Positions 63,088 through 64,000 of a stretch of DNA of 64,000 nucleotides are shown in pieces. The notes below the pieces were generated by a model, which worked only from the letters and a program-made list of their open reading frames with translations, made no database searches and was not told the DNA's origin. Source of the stretch: Candidatus Dormiibacterota bacterium (lineage in GTDB: Bacteria > Chloroflexota > Dormibacteria > Aeolococcales > Aeolococcaceae); contig CAVPXI010000014.1 of the NCBI GenBank assembly GCA_963709585.1, forward strand, positions 224,001 to 288,000, read 5' to 3'. Made by a program: the position numbers and the translations under genes. Within the stretch, counting starts at the first letter, position 1. Every line of letters starts with the position of its first letter.

Positions 63088-63395
63088 TCTTTCATCTCGC
63101 TCAGGTCGTCGACATCGAGCTCGCGGCCGAGCCGGAAGATCTGCGTGATCAGCGCCAATCCCACCACGACCTCCGCGGCGGCGACGACGATCACCATGAA
63201 GGCAAAGATCTGACCTTCCTCGCTGTTGAGGAAGCGGCCGTAGGCAACCAGCGCCACGTTGGCGGCGTTGAGCATGAGCTCGATACACATGAACACGACG
63301 ATCGGGTTGCGCCGGATGAGCACGCCCATGGCGCCGACCGTGAACAGGAACGCGGCGAGTCCGAGCAGGAACGGAAACAGATTCGGATTCAACAT
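63084..63395 (-). CDS. nuoK: NADH-quinone oxidoreductase subunit K
   Basis: RRN...[19 protein letters not shown]. Confidence 0.95.
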   Translation of the reverse strand: MLNPNLFPFLLGLAAFLFTVGAMGVLIRRNPIVVFMCIELMLNAANVALVAYGRFLNSEEGQIFAFMVIVVAAAEVVVGLALITQIFRLGRELDVDDLSEMKE

Positions 63396-63408
63396 CCGCC
63401 GTGCTCCG

Positions 63409-63960
63409 TCACTGGCTCGAGCGCCTGGTCAGGTAGACAGCGCCGATGGCTGCGACCAGCAGGAGCATCGAGGTGATCTCGAATGGCAGGAGGTAGTTGG
63501 TGAACAGCTGTCCCGCGACCGTCTGCACGTTGCCCGCGTTGTTGACGGCGTCCTGCGGGAAGTTGAAGGTGTGGTACGGGTTGCTGGCGCTGCCGACGGT
63601 CGTGGCGTGGAATCCGTTGGTGTTGTATGTGATCCCGTTGCGGGCGGCGACGAAGACCAGTCCCGTCACCAGGATGACCCCGAGGATGCCGATGACGGCG
63701 CGCACATCGAGTGTCGGACGGTCCTCCGCGTCCGGGCTCAGCAGCGCGACGATGAAGACGAACAGCACCATCACCGCGCCGGCGTAGATGATGAGCTGCA
63801 CCGCGAAGAGGAACTGCGCGTTGAGCAGCAGGAACAGGACCCCGAGCATCGACACGGTGAGCACGAGGCTCAGCGCCGAGTAGATCGTCTGGCGGGAGAG
63901 CACGACGCCGAGCGAGCTGACCGCGGCGAGCGCGATCACCACCGCGAAAAGGACCGTCAT
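63409..63960 (-). CDS. nuoJ: NADH-quinone oxidoreductase subunit J
   Basis: [31 protein letters not shown]. Confidence 0.95.
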   Translation of the reverse strand: MTVLFAVVIALAAVSSLGVVLSRQTIYSALSLVLTVSMLGVLFLLLNAQFLFAVQLIIYAGAVMVLFVFIVALLSPDAEDRPTLDVRAVIGILGVILVTGLVFVAARNGITYNTNGFHATTVGSASNPYHTFNFPQDAVNNAGNVQTVAGQLFTNYLLPFEITSMLLLVAAIGAVYLTRRSSQ

Positions 63961-64000
63961 CTCGTCTTCCCGGCTCCCGGCTCGATGACGGTCGGCACGT

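Overview
This is a high-GC bacterial chromosome segment. Its gene set (LysW-type lysine pathway, mycobacterial-type Sdh1, many leaderless-looking genes) fits a Terrabacteria soil lineage such as Dormibacterota or Chloroflexota relatives (inference). 1-10.6 kb is a catabolic island beyond the 3' end of tRNA-Ser(GGA): enoyl-CoA hydratase, MaoC, cyclic amidohydrolase, CaiB, CitE, cyclase, MmgE/PrpD, acyl-CoA ligase, amidohydrolase and an atypical alpha/beta hydrolase. A divergent tRNA-Ser(CGA) is followed by an IS110 remnant and a secreted multidomain phosphoesterase. The rest is mostly core genome: ABC exporter, a CBS/CBS-GltD-ferredoxin/tadA operon, nth, mdh, sdh, sir-cysH-cysG, the his operon, the LysW lysine operon, tRNA-His/tRNA-Arg, two GT-C glycosyltransferases, resB and nuoJ-N. 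The most notable signals missed by the ORF track are: (i) a complete Lys-Lys leader-peptide attenuator before the lysine operon; (ii) a Cys-ending leader peptide with the same promoter architecture before the sulfite reductase operon, whose enzyme starts with a HypB-like MCxxCGC motif; (iii) a long switch-like hairpin between nth and mdh; (iv) apparent frameshifts that cluster at GAGTC/GACTC, suggesting a methylated GASTC motif that causes base-calling errors.
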